In this document: positions 24,601 to 37,700 of the stretch, in pieces | How the letters are laid out: the number at the start of each line of letters is the position of its first letter | Numbering within the stretch: position 1 is the first letter of the stretch | DNA from: Octopus sinensis | Taxonomy: Eukaryota | DNA length: 64,000 nucleotides | NCBI RefSeq assembly: GCF_006345805.1 | Contig: NC_043000.1 | Coordinates: 11,284,001-11,348,000, forward strand | Direction of reading: 5' to 3' | The notes under the pieces: model-generated | Seen by the model: only the letters and a program-made list of their open reading frames with translations | The model's database searches: none | What the model was told of the DNA's origin: nothing | Position numbers and translations under genes: made by a program

Positions 24601-25339
24601 GATCACAGTGTGTATGAGGTGTCCACCCAGGTGGATGGCAGATTTTGACATGGAGTGAAGTGAGGATCCTCTTTGGATCTTTTCTTTTTGAAGGCCAGAT
24701 TTTCCTAGTTAACTAAAAAATTTGAAACTTCGTATACTGGTAGAATGTGTCAAAAGAAAACATTATTGTAAACAAAATTGAAAACAAAATTGTTATTCGT
24801 AACTTAAACGTAGTTTAATTTTTACGAATTTTAACCAATGAAATCCCAGCATTGCTGCGTTATCGATATTGATAAAGAAATATAGCAGACGCACCACACA
24901 CACACACATTTGCACAAGCGCATAGTAATTAATATATAAGCGTACACACACATACAAACGGACATACACACACACACACACACACATAGTAATTAATATA
25001 TAAGCGTACACACACATACAAACGGACATATACATATACGCACACAAGCAAAAATACACGTTCGTGTTTTGCCACTTGCCGCAACAAATTTGCACAAAAG
25101 GTAAATAAACCAGAAGGGGGGGGGTCAATGTTTCATCGTTTCGGGGTCGATAAATTAAGTACCAATTACGCACTGGTGTCGAGGATTTTTTTCCCAATTT
25201 ATATCACAGCTTCCGACAAGCTGGGGGCATCCTTTTACGAAAAAATATTTCGCAAATTTTTACAATACTACTCACACTCCACGCGAAGAAAAGATCCGGA
25301 TCGGATCTGTCTATTTTAAAAGTATTCCTTTAAAATATA

Positions 25340-25973
25340 GTTTTTACATTTGAGTATTTATTTCCTACCGGAGATATTAAATCAATTTAGAAATTCTAAC
25401 CATAATTCTGTGTAGAAGCATCTGCATTTAATTATACACATTCTCTTTTTGTATATCAATCCAGTGCTGTGAATTGACCAAACTTTTAAAAGGTCCACAT
25501 TCAGCAATAACCGCTTGATAAGTAAAATTCCTCTTTTAATTATGACTGAATAGCACAACATAGAACCATCATGATCTCCAATAATTCTTCTTTCAGCGTA
25601 ATTAAGAGATTTTGATATAAGAATTATTATTCTCGAAGTTTCTCTTCTTAGCATTGTGAAACATTATCTTATTATAAAACATATATATATATAAACAACA
25701 CATATTTAATATACGTTTAAACAAATGATAAGTGTAATGCCGTGATATACACAGATATATCTTTGATGGGAAGTGCAGGTAAAGACACAGAGTTAGATCC
25801 ATCGTGATTAGATACGAATTGATGTCTAAAGACTGGAAAAGCTAAGATAATCCCAACATTTATGTCGTAGAAAAAAAGGGGTTAAAACGTTTGAAATTCC
25901 CAAACTTACAACGAAATCATTTCTTTTGGAGTTTGGTCGATACATTGATTTACTGTTTGACATACGAGAAACG
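25340..25973 (+). promoter_or_regulatory. Promoter block and non-coding exon 1 of ZNF-C
   Basis: Collinear with 46685-47733 upstream of ZNF-E once two SINEs are removed; ends at the donor GTAAGT at 25974. Confidence 0.65.
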
Positions 25974-28201
25974 GTAAGTTGACAAAGATTTACATATTTG
26001 TAATGATATGTATGAAAAATAGAATTATTGTGTGAACTCTTTAACCATTTCTGGTGCACCTGAGCACTCTATACAATAATTTCATTATTATTTAAAATCT
26101 ATACAAGTGACAAATACAATGTTAGAACAATGATATTCACTTGCTGTCTCCGTCTTCTTGTTGACTTTCACAGACAGGATAATACTTCCAAGCTGAAATG
26201 TTGACCTGTTATTTTTGAAAGAAATAAAATACTTCAGTGTTCCATGTAATATAAAGTAAATTACAGATTTGCTAACTGAAAACATTTTCATGCTGCTAGT
26301 CATGCATAGATATTCTCTTCCACACCGCATGATGCTCTGAAATCACTGATGAAACAATTTAAGCAATAACTATAAATAAAATTCTAACGATTTTTATTTG
26401 TGTATGTAGTTTAATTCTAATCTTTTTTTTGGGGGGGGGGCGTAACTTCGGTATAGGTTACGGAAGTACCGGATACATTTCAAGAAAGTGTTTTTTTTAA
26501 ATATATATGGTTAGGATTAGGGTTAGGGGTGGGAGAAAAGAGTTTATCTTCAGAAATGTAAACAAAGCCACTTACGGTACCTATACCGAAGGATCGCCTT
26601 TTTTTTTTAGTGTTGATTTAATGTGTATCTTTTGTAATAAAACCCCAATTCACGGGTGGTCGGCGTATGGAATGTGATAGAACTGTCTGCAATGAGAAAC
26701 ATGATTTTGGGTGACTTCCGACGTCTATTTAGTGATGGTCCAGAATAAACATATTGATTTATTTAGTTACTATAGTAATCTATTTAATTGAGTATTTGAG
26801 AAAAAGTGATGGTGTGTAGAATTAATATGAACGACGATAGAGAAAGAGGGATAGAAATTTACAGCTTAAAAAATAACTGGAAATTCCTATGGGACAACCT
26901 GCTGAAGTCTACGGACCAAGTCTGTGACTGGGACAAGGGCCTTTTCAGACGAAAGATGATATCATAATAGAACAGTGAGGTGGACATAGCCATTACAGCA
27001 AAAAGGCAGGTATGGAAAGAGTGGAATAATGGAGATAGAAAAGAATTATAACGGTTAGACATAAAGGAAGCTAAGCAACAGGTTTATTGAACAAGGGGGA
27101 AAGCAGAGCACAAGAAGTTTGCCAATGTTTTATGACATGTGGATGAGAGACATGAAGTATTCCGGATTGCAAAGCAAATTTACTAGTTGGTACCACATTA
27201 AATGCATCCAGTTCAATTTATAAAATGGTTGGCATAAGAAATGTTGAGTCCTACCCCATCCTATGTTAGCTCTTGCATACACATACATCCATTCAGCTTT
27301 ATTCCAGCACATTTTCCATTTGTTCTAACCATTTCATGGGCACATTTATGGTGATAGCCCTATAGTTTAAAACCTGCCAGTAAGAGTTCGGCTTCCAACC
27401 ATGAGTGACTATATTTGTGTTTAATTTTCATCTGAAAGGGAAAATGTCTAAGTGATTACTTCTCAAACATAGCTAGATGCTTCAACTTATATCATTGCTA
27501 TTTGCCCAGTCCACCACTAATCTATTATTACAGATAATTTATCAGCATGGATGAAGTAAATGGGTTTAAACTTTGTGAGAGATGTATGGTCAGAGAGACA
27601 TAAATACCATATAGATATATACACATAAATGTGCACAAACAAATATATAAATACGTGGATATATACATGTATAGACATAAATGCAAACATGCAGAAATGT
27701 ATCTGATAAAGATGTACTTAAATGTATATGTATGCATACATCATGAGTGTGCTCAGTGAAGGTTGACCTGGGCCAAACAACAAGCCACAGAGAAAGCCAT
27801 AATATCCTTGCTTTATCTGCTAGAAACAGCAGCCATTTCCCATTTTCATTTCAACTTTCAGTCTTGTAAATTGAAGACTATATTTGTTGATGTAATGCTA
27901 AATATATAATTTCAGAAGGAAAGACAGGATAGTCATGGATGCAATGTCTTTGATCATAAGTATGTTCACTCAAGGTTGATTGGGGACTAAACAACAATGA
28001 AAAATGCTGTTTCTAAGAAGAGAAGAATGCTATTGCCCACTAGTCTTTAGATTAAAGTGTATATAATGTTATACAATGTGAAAGTGTTGCTGTAATTTAC
28101 AAACATTTAGATTTCATACAATGTCATTTGTTATTAATATAGAAATGCAAAATTTCTCTGTTTGCCTTTCATTCATATCTTATGTTTCTTTATTATTTCA
28201 G
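25974..28201 (+). other. Predicted 5'-UTR intron of ZNF-C
   Basis: Donor ACG|GTAAGTTGAC; acceptor TTATTATTTCAG at 28201; intron blocks homologous to the ZNF-E intron. Confidence 0.72.
26446..26591. mobile_element. 146-bp MITE with 22-bp TIRs
   Basis: CTTCGGTATAGGTTACGGAAGT ... ACTTACGGTACCTATACCGAAG; internal TTAGGG units and TCTTCAGAAATGTAAA are shared with the GGATC MITE family. Confidence 0.75.
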
Positions 28202-28620
28202 ATTTCTTTACATTGGATACTTCTTTAATGTTTATTGTCCTAAAGACAAAAGGAAAATGTTTTACAGAAAAGATATAACCCTGTTCCTATAAGTCTTATG
28301 GTAGGATCATCATCGTCATTATTAACGTCTGTTTTCCAAGCTGGCCTGGGACTAACGCTGAAATATTTGCTCCGAACTGAGATAAATAGCAGTATTTCTT
28401 TATCTCATTGTCTGATGTATTTTCATTCTTATTAAACTTTAATGAATTCATAAATGAGTTTGGAACAACTTTAGATTTCAAAGAAGATCACAATTGATAA
28501 CTCTAGAAATATCTGCAAGGAATAAACTATTACTTGAAGAAAGAGAAAAAAAGATATAAAGGAAAACATCAATACAGAAAAAAACTTCAAGGGTTTGATC
28601 TGTTTTTATCTCTTGAAAAG

Positions 28621-30402
28621 ATGTCAAAAGGGATACGAAAAGTGTATCATTGTGAAATCTGTGGTAAAACATTTTCTGCAAAAAATGTTTTAAATAAACA
28701 CCAACACATTCATACAGGAGAAAAAACATATCATTGTGATATATGTGGCAAATCATTCTCTGAAAATAGTGCCCTAACCATTCACAAACATAGTCATACA
28801 GGTGAGAAGTCATTTCACTGTGAAATCTGTGGTAAATCATTCAGTACAAATAGTCAAGTAACTACTCACAAACGTATTCATACAGAAGAGAAACCATTTC
28901 GCTGTGAAATCTGTGGTAAATCATTCTCTGAAAATGGTAAATTAACTAAACACAAACTTATTCATACAGAAGAGAAACTATATTACTGTGATATCTGTGG
29001 TAAATCCTTCTCTCGCAATAATGTCTTAATTAATCACAAACGTATTCATACACAGGAGAAGCCATATTGTTGTGATATCTGTGGTAAATCATTCTCTCAA
29101 AATGGTATCTTAACTAGACACAAGCGTATTCATACAGGAGAAAAACCATATTACTGTGATACCTGTGGCAAATCCTTCTCTCACAGTAATGTCTTAATTA
29201 ATCACAAACGTATTCATACAGGGGAGAAGCCATATTGCTGTGACATCTGTGGTAAATCATTCTCACAGAATGGTACTTTAATGAGACATAAACTTACTCA
29301 TACAGGAGAGAAACCGTATCACTGTGAAGTCTGTGGTAAATCATTCTCCGTGAAACATGAACTAACTAATCATAAACGTGTTCATACAGGAGAGAAGCCA
29401 TTTCACTGTGATATTTGTGGTAAATCATTCTCAGCTGCAAGTTGGGTGCGTATTCATAGACGTATTCATACAGGAGAGAAACCATTTCACTGTGAAATCT
29501 GTGGTAAATCATTCTCTCGAAATGCTTTAAGTGGACACAAACGTATTCATACAGGAGAGAAACCATTTCACTGTGATATTTGTGGTAAATCATTCTCTCT
29601 AAGCAGCACCTTAAATTGTCACAAACGTATTCACACAGGAGAGAAACCATATCACTGTGATATCTGTGGTAAATCATTCTCTGAATGTGGTATCTTAACT
29701 AAACACAAACATATTCATACTGGGAAGAAGCCCTATCACTGTGATATTTGTGATAAATACTTCTCACAAAATAGTACCTTAACTAAACACAGACGTATTC
29801 ATACAGGAGAAAAACCATTTGAGTGTCATATTTGTGGCAAATCATTTTCTCGAAAGGATCACCTAATTAAACACAAACGGATTCATACGGGAGAGAAACC
29901 ATGCCACTGTGATGTCTGTGGTAAATCATTTTCTACAGATAGTAATTTAATTAGTCACAAGCGTAGTCATACAGGAGAGAAGCCATATCGCTGTGATATC
30001 TGTGGTAAATCATTCTCTCGAAGAAGTGACTTACAAAGACACATGTGTATTCATACAGGAGAGAAACCATATCATTGTGATATCTGTGGTAAATCCTTCT
30101 CAGATAATGGTACCGTCACTAAACACAAACGTATTCATACAGGAGAAAGACCATATCACTGTGATATTTGTGGTAAATCATTCTCACACCCTAATGTCTT
30201 AATTATTCACAAACGTGTTCATACAGGTGAGAAGCCATATCAGTGTGACACCTGTGGTAAATCATTCTCTCAAAATGCTATCTTAAGTAGACACAAGCGT
30301 ATTCATACAGGAGAGAAACCATATCGCTGTGAAATCTGTGGTAAATCATTTGCTCGAAAAGGCGACTTAACTTCACATATATCTATCCATACAAAAGTGT
30401 GA
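28621..30402 (+). CDS. C2H2 zinc-finger protein ZNF-C, 21 fingers, 593 aa
   Basis: Intact [14 protein letters not shown]...SHISIHTKV. The ATG at 28621 is in the same GA(A)AAG/GAGATG context as its paralogs; the track start at 28534 is a non-ATG extension. Confidence 0.95.
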   Translation: MSKGIRKVYHCEICGKTFSAKNVLNKHQHIHTGEKTYHCDICGKSFSENSALTIHKHSHTGEKSFHCEICGKSFSTNSQVTTHKRIHTEEKPFRCEICGKSFSENGKLTKHKLIHTEEKLYYCDICGKSFSRNNVLINHKRIHTQEKPYCCDICGKSFSQNGILTRHKRIHTGEKPYYCDTCGKSFSHSNVLINHKRIHTGEKPYCCDICGKSFSQNGTLMRHKLTHTGEKPYHCEVCGKSFSVKHELTNHKRVHTGEKPFHCDICGKSFSAASWVRIHRRIHTGEKPFHCEICGKSFSRNALSGHKRIHTGEKPFHCDICGKSFSLSSTLNCHKRIHTGEKPYHCDICGKSFSECGILTKHKHIHTGKKPYHCDICDKYFSQNSTLTKHRRIHTGEKPFECHICGKSFSRKDHLIKHKRIHTGEKPCHCDVCGKSFSTDSNLISHKRSHTGEKPYRCDICGKSFSRRSDLQRHMCIHTGEKPYHCDICGKSFSDNGTVTKHKRIHTGERPYHCDICGKSFSHPNVLIIHKRVHTGEKPYQCDTCGKSFSQNAILSRHKRIHTGEKPYRCEICGKSFARKGDLTSHISIHTKV

Positions 30403-30660
30403 TTGTATCAGTGTCAAAACATATTAAAATGTGTAGCAAAACTTCGACATTTTAAGACCATTTTCCATATTAAATCATAGATTAACTTTGTGGACTTAAG
30501 AGTAAGCCATGAATCTGACAATAATCATACTCAGGATGTTTCTTTTCAGCCAGATGTCCTTTCCTGTATCAACTCTTTTAATAGTTTATTACCTGAGATA
30601 CACAGATTATCTGCACACTTGCTGTTTGTTAAAATTTTTTTGTATGTAAGAAATAATTTG

Positions 30661-30964
30661 TCATACGGGAGAGAAACTATGCCACTGTGATGTCTGTGGT
30701 CGGCTGCGGGGTCATCTGTGACAATTTCATCTCAATCGAAGGAGAGGGGCTTTCTCCGTCCGGGTTGCGGATCCGTGGAATAAGCTGCCGGACGAGATGG
30801 TGAAGATGCCGACGACCGCTCAGTTCAAAGTCTCCCTTGATCACAAGTGGCCTGAACTCTTTACATGAACACCACCCTGTACATAACTCCATGTCCCCCT
30901 ACATGGCCTTGCTTTTTGCTTTTTGAGCCAAAAAATTTACTAACTAACTAACTAACTAACTAAA
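30661..30964 (+). mobile_element. 5'-truncated CR1-type LINE with a 40-nt ZNF-C-derived 5' tag and (CTAA)n tail
   Basis: Encodes RGH...QFHLNRRRGAFSVRVADPWNKLPDEMVKMPTTAQFKVSLDHKW (CR1 ORF2 C-terminal pattern). 30661-30700 matches 29883-29922 at 39/40. Confidence 0.85.
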
Positions 30965-31481
30965 TCATAAATGTATTCACACAGGAAAGAAGATATCACT
31001 GTGTGATACTATATTGCTATTACATATTTTACATCACCAAAGCTATATCTACATTGGCGTAATTATATATTGTGATATTTTAAATATTTTCCAGATTTTT
31101 GGCTACCTTACCTTGTTAAGCCCCTCCTCTCCATAAAGGATGAAAGACACTTCTAACCAAATGGGTTTTGTATGTTTGGTTGACAAGTCTACTATCAGAG
31201 TGGAATTAATGGAGTGCTTTGAACATAGTCATAGAGTGAGAGCTGCTAAAACTTTGAATTTTTGGAAAATTGTTCCCCTAGAGTTTAAGTTTTTGGTTGT
31301 ATTTTTTAAAAAATTTTGACTGCTAATTTTTCAAAGACACCAAAGTTAAAACAATTAATTCTAACTGATTTTAAAACACTTTAGGGTGGAGATGAGAAAA
31401 ACAACCTTTCAAAATGCAGGCCTCCAAAATAGGGGATTAGTTCATACAATGAACTGCTTGCATATCTCTCTTTTACTTGTT

Positions 31482-31842
31482 TCAGTCATTTGACTGGAGC
31501 ACCACCTTTAATTGAGCAACTCGACCCCGGGACTTATTCTTTTGTAAGCCCCGTACTTATTCTATCGGTCTCTTTTGCCGAACCGCTAAGTAACGGGGAC
31601 ATAAACACACCAGCATCGGTTGTCAAGCAATGCTAGGGGGACAAACACACATACGCATATATATATATATATGTATACGACGGGCTTCTTTCAGTTTCCG
31701 TCTACCAAATCCACTCATAAGGCTTTGGTCGGCCCGAGGCTATAGTAGAAGACACTTGCCCAAGGTGCCACGCAGTGGGACTGAACCCGGAACTATGTGG
31801 TTGGTAAACAAGCTACTTACCACACAGCCACTCCTCCTATGT
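31482..31842 (-). mobile_element. tRNA-derived SINE, ATAGGCGCAGG-head family
   Basis: Reverse complement is highly similar to 58806-59215. Confidence 0.88.
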
Positions 31843-32365
31843 AGAGAAGAACCTTCAAATATTTCACTATTAAATAGCACCCTCTTTGTACTAATTGTTT
31901 AATCAAATTATAAGGATAGTTTCTTGAATTTCTAATTACTGACCCTTGTTATCCTTAATTGTGTTTTTTCTAATGCAAGACTAGCATTCTGTTATGTTTT
32001 ATTTCTACTTCTTGGTTTATTTATTTTTTCCTTTCAACTTTCTTCTTTTTATTTTTCTTCCTTGTACTTCTCCAATCCTTGATATTAGCCTTCCTATTAT
32101 TGATTTTGTACTCATTACTATTTTTATTTATGAATATGTCTATTTACTTCCTGTAGGATATATTTGATTTGATTTTCTTGAATTATATTTGTTTTGCCTC
32201 ATCTTAAAAATGTTGCTTTATATCACTTTATTGGCTTCAGTGATCTTTTAAATTTATTTCTAGCTAACCTAAATAACTAGCTACCCATGTGTATTGAGGT
32301 ACTCTTTTTGCATTTTTCATCCTCCACAGTAGAAATATTAAGGCCACTTCCCCTGCTGAAAAGGA

Positions 32366-32617
32366 TTGGCCTGCAAGAGGTGTGTGCCAGTGCCACATAA
32401 AAAGTACTCATGCCAGTGTCACTTGGAAGTACTCATCTGGTGCCACATTAAAAGCATGCAGCACACACTAAAGTGGTTGGTATTAATGATGGCATATAGC
32501 CATAGAAACCAAACCAAATCAGACTGGAACCTGGTGCAGCTCTCTTGCTTGCCAGCTCTGGTCAAACCATCCAACCCATGCCAGCATGGAAAACACATTA
32601 AAGGATGATGATGATGC
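32366..32617 (+). mobile_element. RTE-tail-type retroposon fragment
   Basis: GTGGTTGG, CCATAGAAAC and CCAACCCATGCCAGCATGGAAAA motifs plus a (GAT)n tail. Confidence 0.75.
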
Positions 32618-32640
32618 CTACTGGGTTCACTTAAGTTTAA

Positions 32641-32860
32641 CCCTTTCGTTACCAACCCGGCTGAAACCGGCTCTGGCTCTGAGTACAAATGTCTTGTTTT
32701 CATAAGTTTTGAATTAAAATCTTCCACCAAACCTTAGTCACAATTTATGTTCCTATCACTAGCTTAATGATAACTAAGTTATTTTTCTAAATTCTTTGTT
32801 ATATTTAAAGTAATCGAAAGAAACACAGAACATCTCAAAATAAATACAGTAATGAAAGGG
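32641..32860. mobile_element. piggyBac-type MITE
   Basis: TTAA|CCCTTTCGTTAC ... GTAATGAAAGGG|TTAA. Confidence 0.9.
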
Positions 32861-33481
32861 TTAAATACCAAATTGGCTTTCTTTAGCATACATTTCTTCT
32901 TAGCTTTGTATCTTTTTGCATTCCTTCTTGATTTCAGTGGTTTTGCTATATTGTTAATAAATTCTCAGTTCTCATGAGATTTGTGCCTGTGTGGGTTGCC
33001 TTGCAAACAATATGTTTGCATAATTTTGTATTATATTTGAATAAACAACCTATCCAATTTGGACCTATTTGTATATTGTACTTCTTGTTATATCTAAAAA
33101 TGCTTATGTAATAGAAACACATGTTGGCTTTTGTATAATGTAAACCTGAATTAAAGATGTGTTATTCTTTATTCTTGTATTTGTCTTGTAATATATTTTG
33201 GAATTTTAAAAAATTCTTTTAAGTGAACTTTGGATTTACTTATTGCACTGGAAGTGTTGCCAAGGATGTAAATTCTATTTGGATTTATTATGTCTCCAGT
33301 TGTTTGACACAGCCAAGTTTGCATAGCAACCAAGTGTTTACAAGATATCTGCCTGAATTTATAAATACCTATTACCTGGTAGTATATATATGTGTGTATG
33401 CGTATATGATATTTGTTCATATTTATATTAAATTGTACGTGTATCCTGTTTCATGTATTAATATTTTAAAAATTCTTTATA

Positions 33482-33617
33482 ATCTCTGATGAGGCCTATA
33501 ATTATATATATATAAGTACCCTATTTTTAAATGCCTACAACCTCAATATGATTGACAACTATAGGCACTGGGAAAAAAAAAAACTACTTTTATCCATAGG
33601 CTGAAACAGCTGTAAGG
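33482..33617 (+). ncRNA. Type-I hammerhead-ribozyme-like motif (Penelope LTR-type)
   Basis: CUGAUGA (33486-92); stem II GGCCUAU/AUAGGCU with a ~96-nt insert; GAAA (33603-06); palindromic ACAGCUGU; GUA triplet; weak stem I. Confidence 0.55.
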
Positions 33618-33974
33618 AATGATTTAATGATTTCAATAATTTATATTATGATTTTTATAATTGTATTCTTATCTTATATGTATTGAATTATAATGTATAT
33701 ATGTATGCTATTAAGGTTCTCATTTTTGTTAAATGAATAAATAAGTCAACATTCTAATATCCGAAAGCTGATGAACCAACTAGATTGTTTCTCCATTTTC
33801 TTATTTGTAATATATATATATATATGAGAGAGAGAGAACAATAAGAAAATGGAGGGGATCAATAGGTGGTATTCATCAATTTTAGACATTATATTATGTC
33901 AATTTATGTATTTATTTACTAAAATGACAATTACAACAAAATACATACATGTACTCGTATAACATATGCTTTAC

Positions 33975-34014
<40 letters not shown>

Positions 34015-34047
34015 TATATAACATACAGGAATAGAAATTAGGAAAAT

Positions 34048-34171
34048 ATCTTACAGCTGTTTCAGCCAAGAGGCAAAAATACCACATTCTACCTTTATCA
34101 CTCCAGTAGACTGAAGTAATTAGCAGATGAAATTGAGGTGCTTGAGTGTTTCTCTAGGCTTCGTCAGAGAT
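34048..34171 (-). ncRNA. Type-I hammerhead-ribozyme-like motif, inverted second copy
   Basis: Minus strand AUCU-CUGACGA-AGCCUAG...CUUGGCU-GAAA-CAGCUGUA-AGAU; stem I AUCU/AGAU is fully paired. Confidence 0.6.
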
Positions 34172-34792
34172 TTTAGAAAGTACATGAGGTTAAGTTATAA
34201 ATACACATATGTATATACTTATACATACACACACACACACACACATATGTAATCCTGCAGTTAATTGTTCTTCTCTATGGTAAGACAGAGAATCATCTTG
34301 CCAGTCCTCCTTATATTATTACTCCTTTTAAAATATATGAAAGAAATTTAGTTAAATTTTATTTCTTTAAATTTTTCTTTTTATAATAGTCTTTAATGTT
34401 CATATATAGGTGACATTTTCATCTAGTTTTGTCCATATATATGTATGTATATATACATATGTATGTATATATGTAGCATATATACGTATAGACATAATAT
34501 ATATTTGTGTCTGTATATACACATACAAGGGTGTGCTGAAAAGTTCCTGGCTTTAAGGGTATTTTGAAAGGCCTGGTTGTAGGCCTGACCTTCTGAGTTT
34601 TTCACAGAGCTTAGTAAACTGAAGGACTGCTGCAATAAGTGTATGAATCTGGGATATGAATATGTTGAATAAAATCCTAATTAACTGATCCTCCTGTATT
34701 TTCTTTTACCCAAAGCCAGGCACTTTTCTGCACCCCACCCCCTCGTGTGTGTGTGTATATATATATATATAGAGAGAGAGAGACAGAGAGAA

Positions 34793-37700
34793 TTATCTCT
34801 GTCTATGCCCCAAAAGCAGGCCTGCCAAATGAATAGTAGGACCACTTTTATGATATCCTTCTGCAGGCTACCTAAAAGACAAGTGACAATGATCTCATCT
34901 TCATGGCAGGGGATTTCAATGGGCATGTCAGACAGCCGCCCGGTATCTTCCATGGTGTACATGGGGGCCAGAGGATTGGTTCCCAAAACAAAGAGGGAAC
35001 AAGGTTACTGGAGTTCTGTCATGCAAATAACCTATTGATCTGCAACACCAACTTCAGGAAGCCAGTCACCTGATAACCTACCAATCAAGTGACTGTGCTA
35101 GCCAGATTGATTGCATTCTCACCAGACAGTGGGATGCATGGTTGCTCTTAAATACAAAGATCCTCCCTGGTGAAGAATGTACCCACTAGCGTAGACTAGT
35201 CGTTAGTGACTTTAGACTGCAAGCCAAATGGATGCCAAAAACCAGACCAATCTGAAAAAGAAGGATTTGGAAGCTTAAGGATCCTTCGTATGGTTAGAGA
35301 TATAACCCTTGTGTTACTAGCCTGGCTGAAACTGGCTCTGTAGTAGAAATGTCTTGTTTTCATAAGTTTTAAATTTAAATCTTCCACCAAATCTTAGTTG
35401 TAATTTATGTTCCTAACACTCGGAGACTCCCTTCGGTCACGACACAGACCATGGGATTGCACCTAGAAAGTTACCCTCCTAGACACAAGTCTGGGCGAGG
35501 TTGTTTATGGAAGACCAGCAGTCGCCCATGCATACCAGCCTCCCCTCTCCACACCACCAGTCTTATCCAAGGGAAAGACAAAGGTCGATACAGCTTGGCA
35601 CCAGTGACGTCGCAACTCATTTCTACAGCTGAGTGAACTGGAACAACGTGAAATAAAGTGCCTTGCTCAAGAACACAACACGCAGCCCGGTCCGGGATTC
35701 GAGCTCACAACCTCACGATCGTAAGCTCGATGCTCTAACCACTGAGCTTGATGATAACTAAGTTATTTTACTAAATTCTTTGTTATATTTAAAATAATTG
35801 AAAGAAATACAGAATATTTCAAAATAAATACAGTAACAAAATGGTTAAGGACATCCTAATTAGAAATTTGATAAGTGGGAGGAAGAGGAATTACAGACTT
35901 GTGATATAGAGGGCAACAGGGAATTCCTGCAGGACAGCTTGCTGAGTGCCACAGACCAAATCTGCTGTTGGTGCAAAATCCCATCGAAACCTAGGGTGAC
36001 GTGGTGGTGGAACAATGCTGTAGACAGGGCCATTAGAGTAAAGAAACAGGCCTGGAAGAGTGGGAGTAGCAGTTAACTGTATCAGACAGCCAGAAGGGAA
36101 ATTAGGAGACAAGTATATCTAACCAAGGAAGAAGCAGAAAAGAAATTTGCCTATATTCAGTGACTTGAGGACCAATTGCTTGGAATGTTTTGGATTGCTA
36201 GACAGTGTGTAAGAGAAATGTGTGCATGTGGATGATGGTGTACTTGCTTTTAAAGATTCTGTGAAGAAGCTTGGAAATGCCATTATGAAAGACTACTGGA
36301 GAATGAAAGTTTGCCAAATGTTGACACAATTGAGGGACCAGCTATCCAAATCGACAGAACCTGGGTAGATAAAGCAATTAAGGATATGAAGACAGGGAAA
36401 GTCCCTGGCCCATCAGGGATCACCACTGAGATGCTTAAAATATCTGGTGGTGTTGGTTATAGTCTAGTCACCTGTATCGTAAATCAGGTGGTTCACGAAG
36501 GAGTCATACCCAATGACTGGTGTAGCAGCACCATAGTCAAGTTCCACAAAGGTAAAGGTGATGCCTCAGATAGAAATAATTACAGAGGTATCAAATTGTT
36601 GGATCAGGTGATGAAAGTTACAAAGAGAGTCGTAGCCCAACTAATTAGGGAGAGGTTTAGTCGAGAAGAGATGCAGTTTGGTTTTGTGCTGGGGAGAAGC
36701 ACCACTGATGCTATGTTTCTGGTAAAGCAGCTGTAGGAGAAATACATAGGCAAAAATAAACATCTATCTGATGGTCAAATCAGAAACTAGAGATAGACGA
36801 GTGGTTGGTGAGAGCCATGTACAGGGACGCTAACAGTAAGGTGAGGATTGGTAAGGACTACAGTGAAGAATTTAGGTGCAAGTAGTTCACCAAGGATTGG
36901 TCCTCAGCCCCCTCTTGTTCATCATAGCCCTCGAGGCAATAACAGAGGAATTTAAGACAGGCAGCTCCCGGGAGCTCCTCTGTGCTGATAATTTTGTTCT
37001 TAGAGCTGAATCACTGCCAGAACTAAAGAAGAAATTTCAGGTATGGAAGCAAGGTCTAGAATTGGAGAGCCTTAGAGTTAACCTAGCAAAAACCAAAGTC
37101 TTAATAAGTAGGAAACAAATCACAAATCCCTTCAGGAAGATGGCCCTACTCTATATGTAGAAAAGGTGTAGGTAGAAACTCCATAAAATGTTCCCAGTGT
37201 ATGCTATGGATACATAAGAGATGCAGCAATATCAAAGGAAGATGCACAGGTAAAATATACACAGAAAATAGACTCCATCAACTGCTAGCGGTAGATAACT
37301 ACCATTATCTAGGTGACTAAATTAGTAGCAGAGGTGGATACTCTGAGAGCGTAGCTGTGAGAATAAGATTTGGTTGAGCAAAGTTCAGAGAGCCTCTACC
37401 TCTCCTGGCAACAAAGAGCCTCTCCCTTAGAGTCAAAGGCAAATTGTATGATGCCTGTGTGTGAACAGCTATGCTATACGGCAGTGAAACATGGGCTGTG
37501 ACAGCCAAGGGTATGCATAGGCTTGAAAGAAATGAAGCCAGTATGCTTTAGTGAATGTGCAATATCATTATGCTTGTTCGACAGAGTGTAAGCATCTTGA
37601 GAGAAAAGTTAGGCATAAGAGGCATCAGATGTGCTGTTCAAGAGAGATGACTGTGCTGGTATGGTCATGTGATACATATGGAAGAGTACAGCTGTGAAAA

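Noticed and set aside
28534-28620. Lys-rich N-terminal extensions of ZNF-C, ZNF-D and ZNF-E in the ORF track
   Set aside because: They use non-ATG starts, are not conserved between paralogs, and the ATG context is shared at 28621, 44545 and 50461.
28478-29677. Antisense ORFs such as [17 protein letters not shown] (also 14039, 43651, 51041, 51713)
   Set aside because: A known by-product of the reverse complement of repetitive C2H2 codons; no independent coding evidence.
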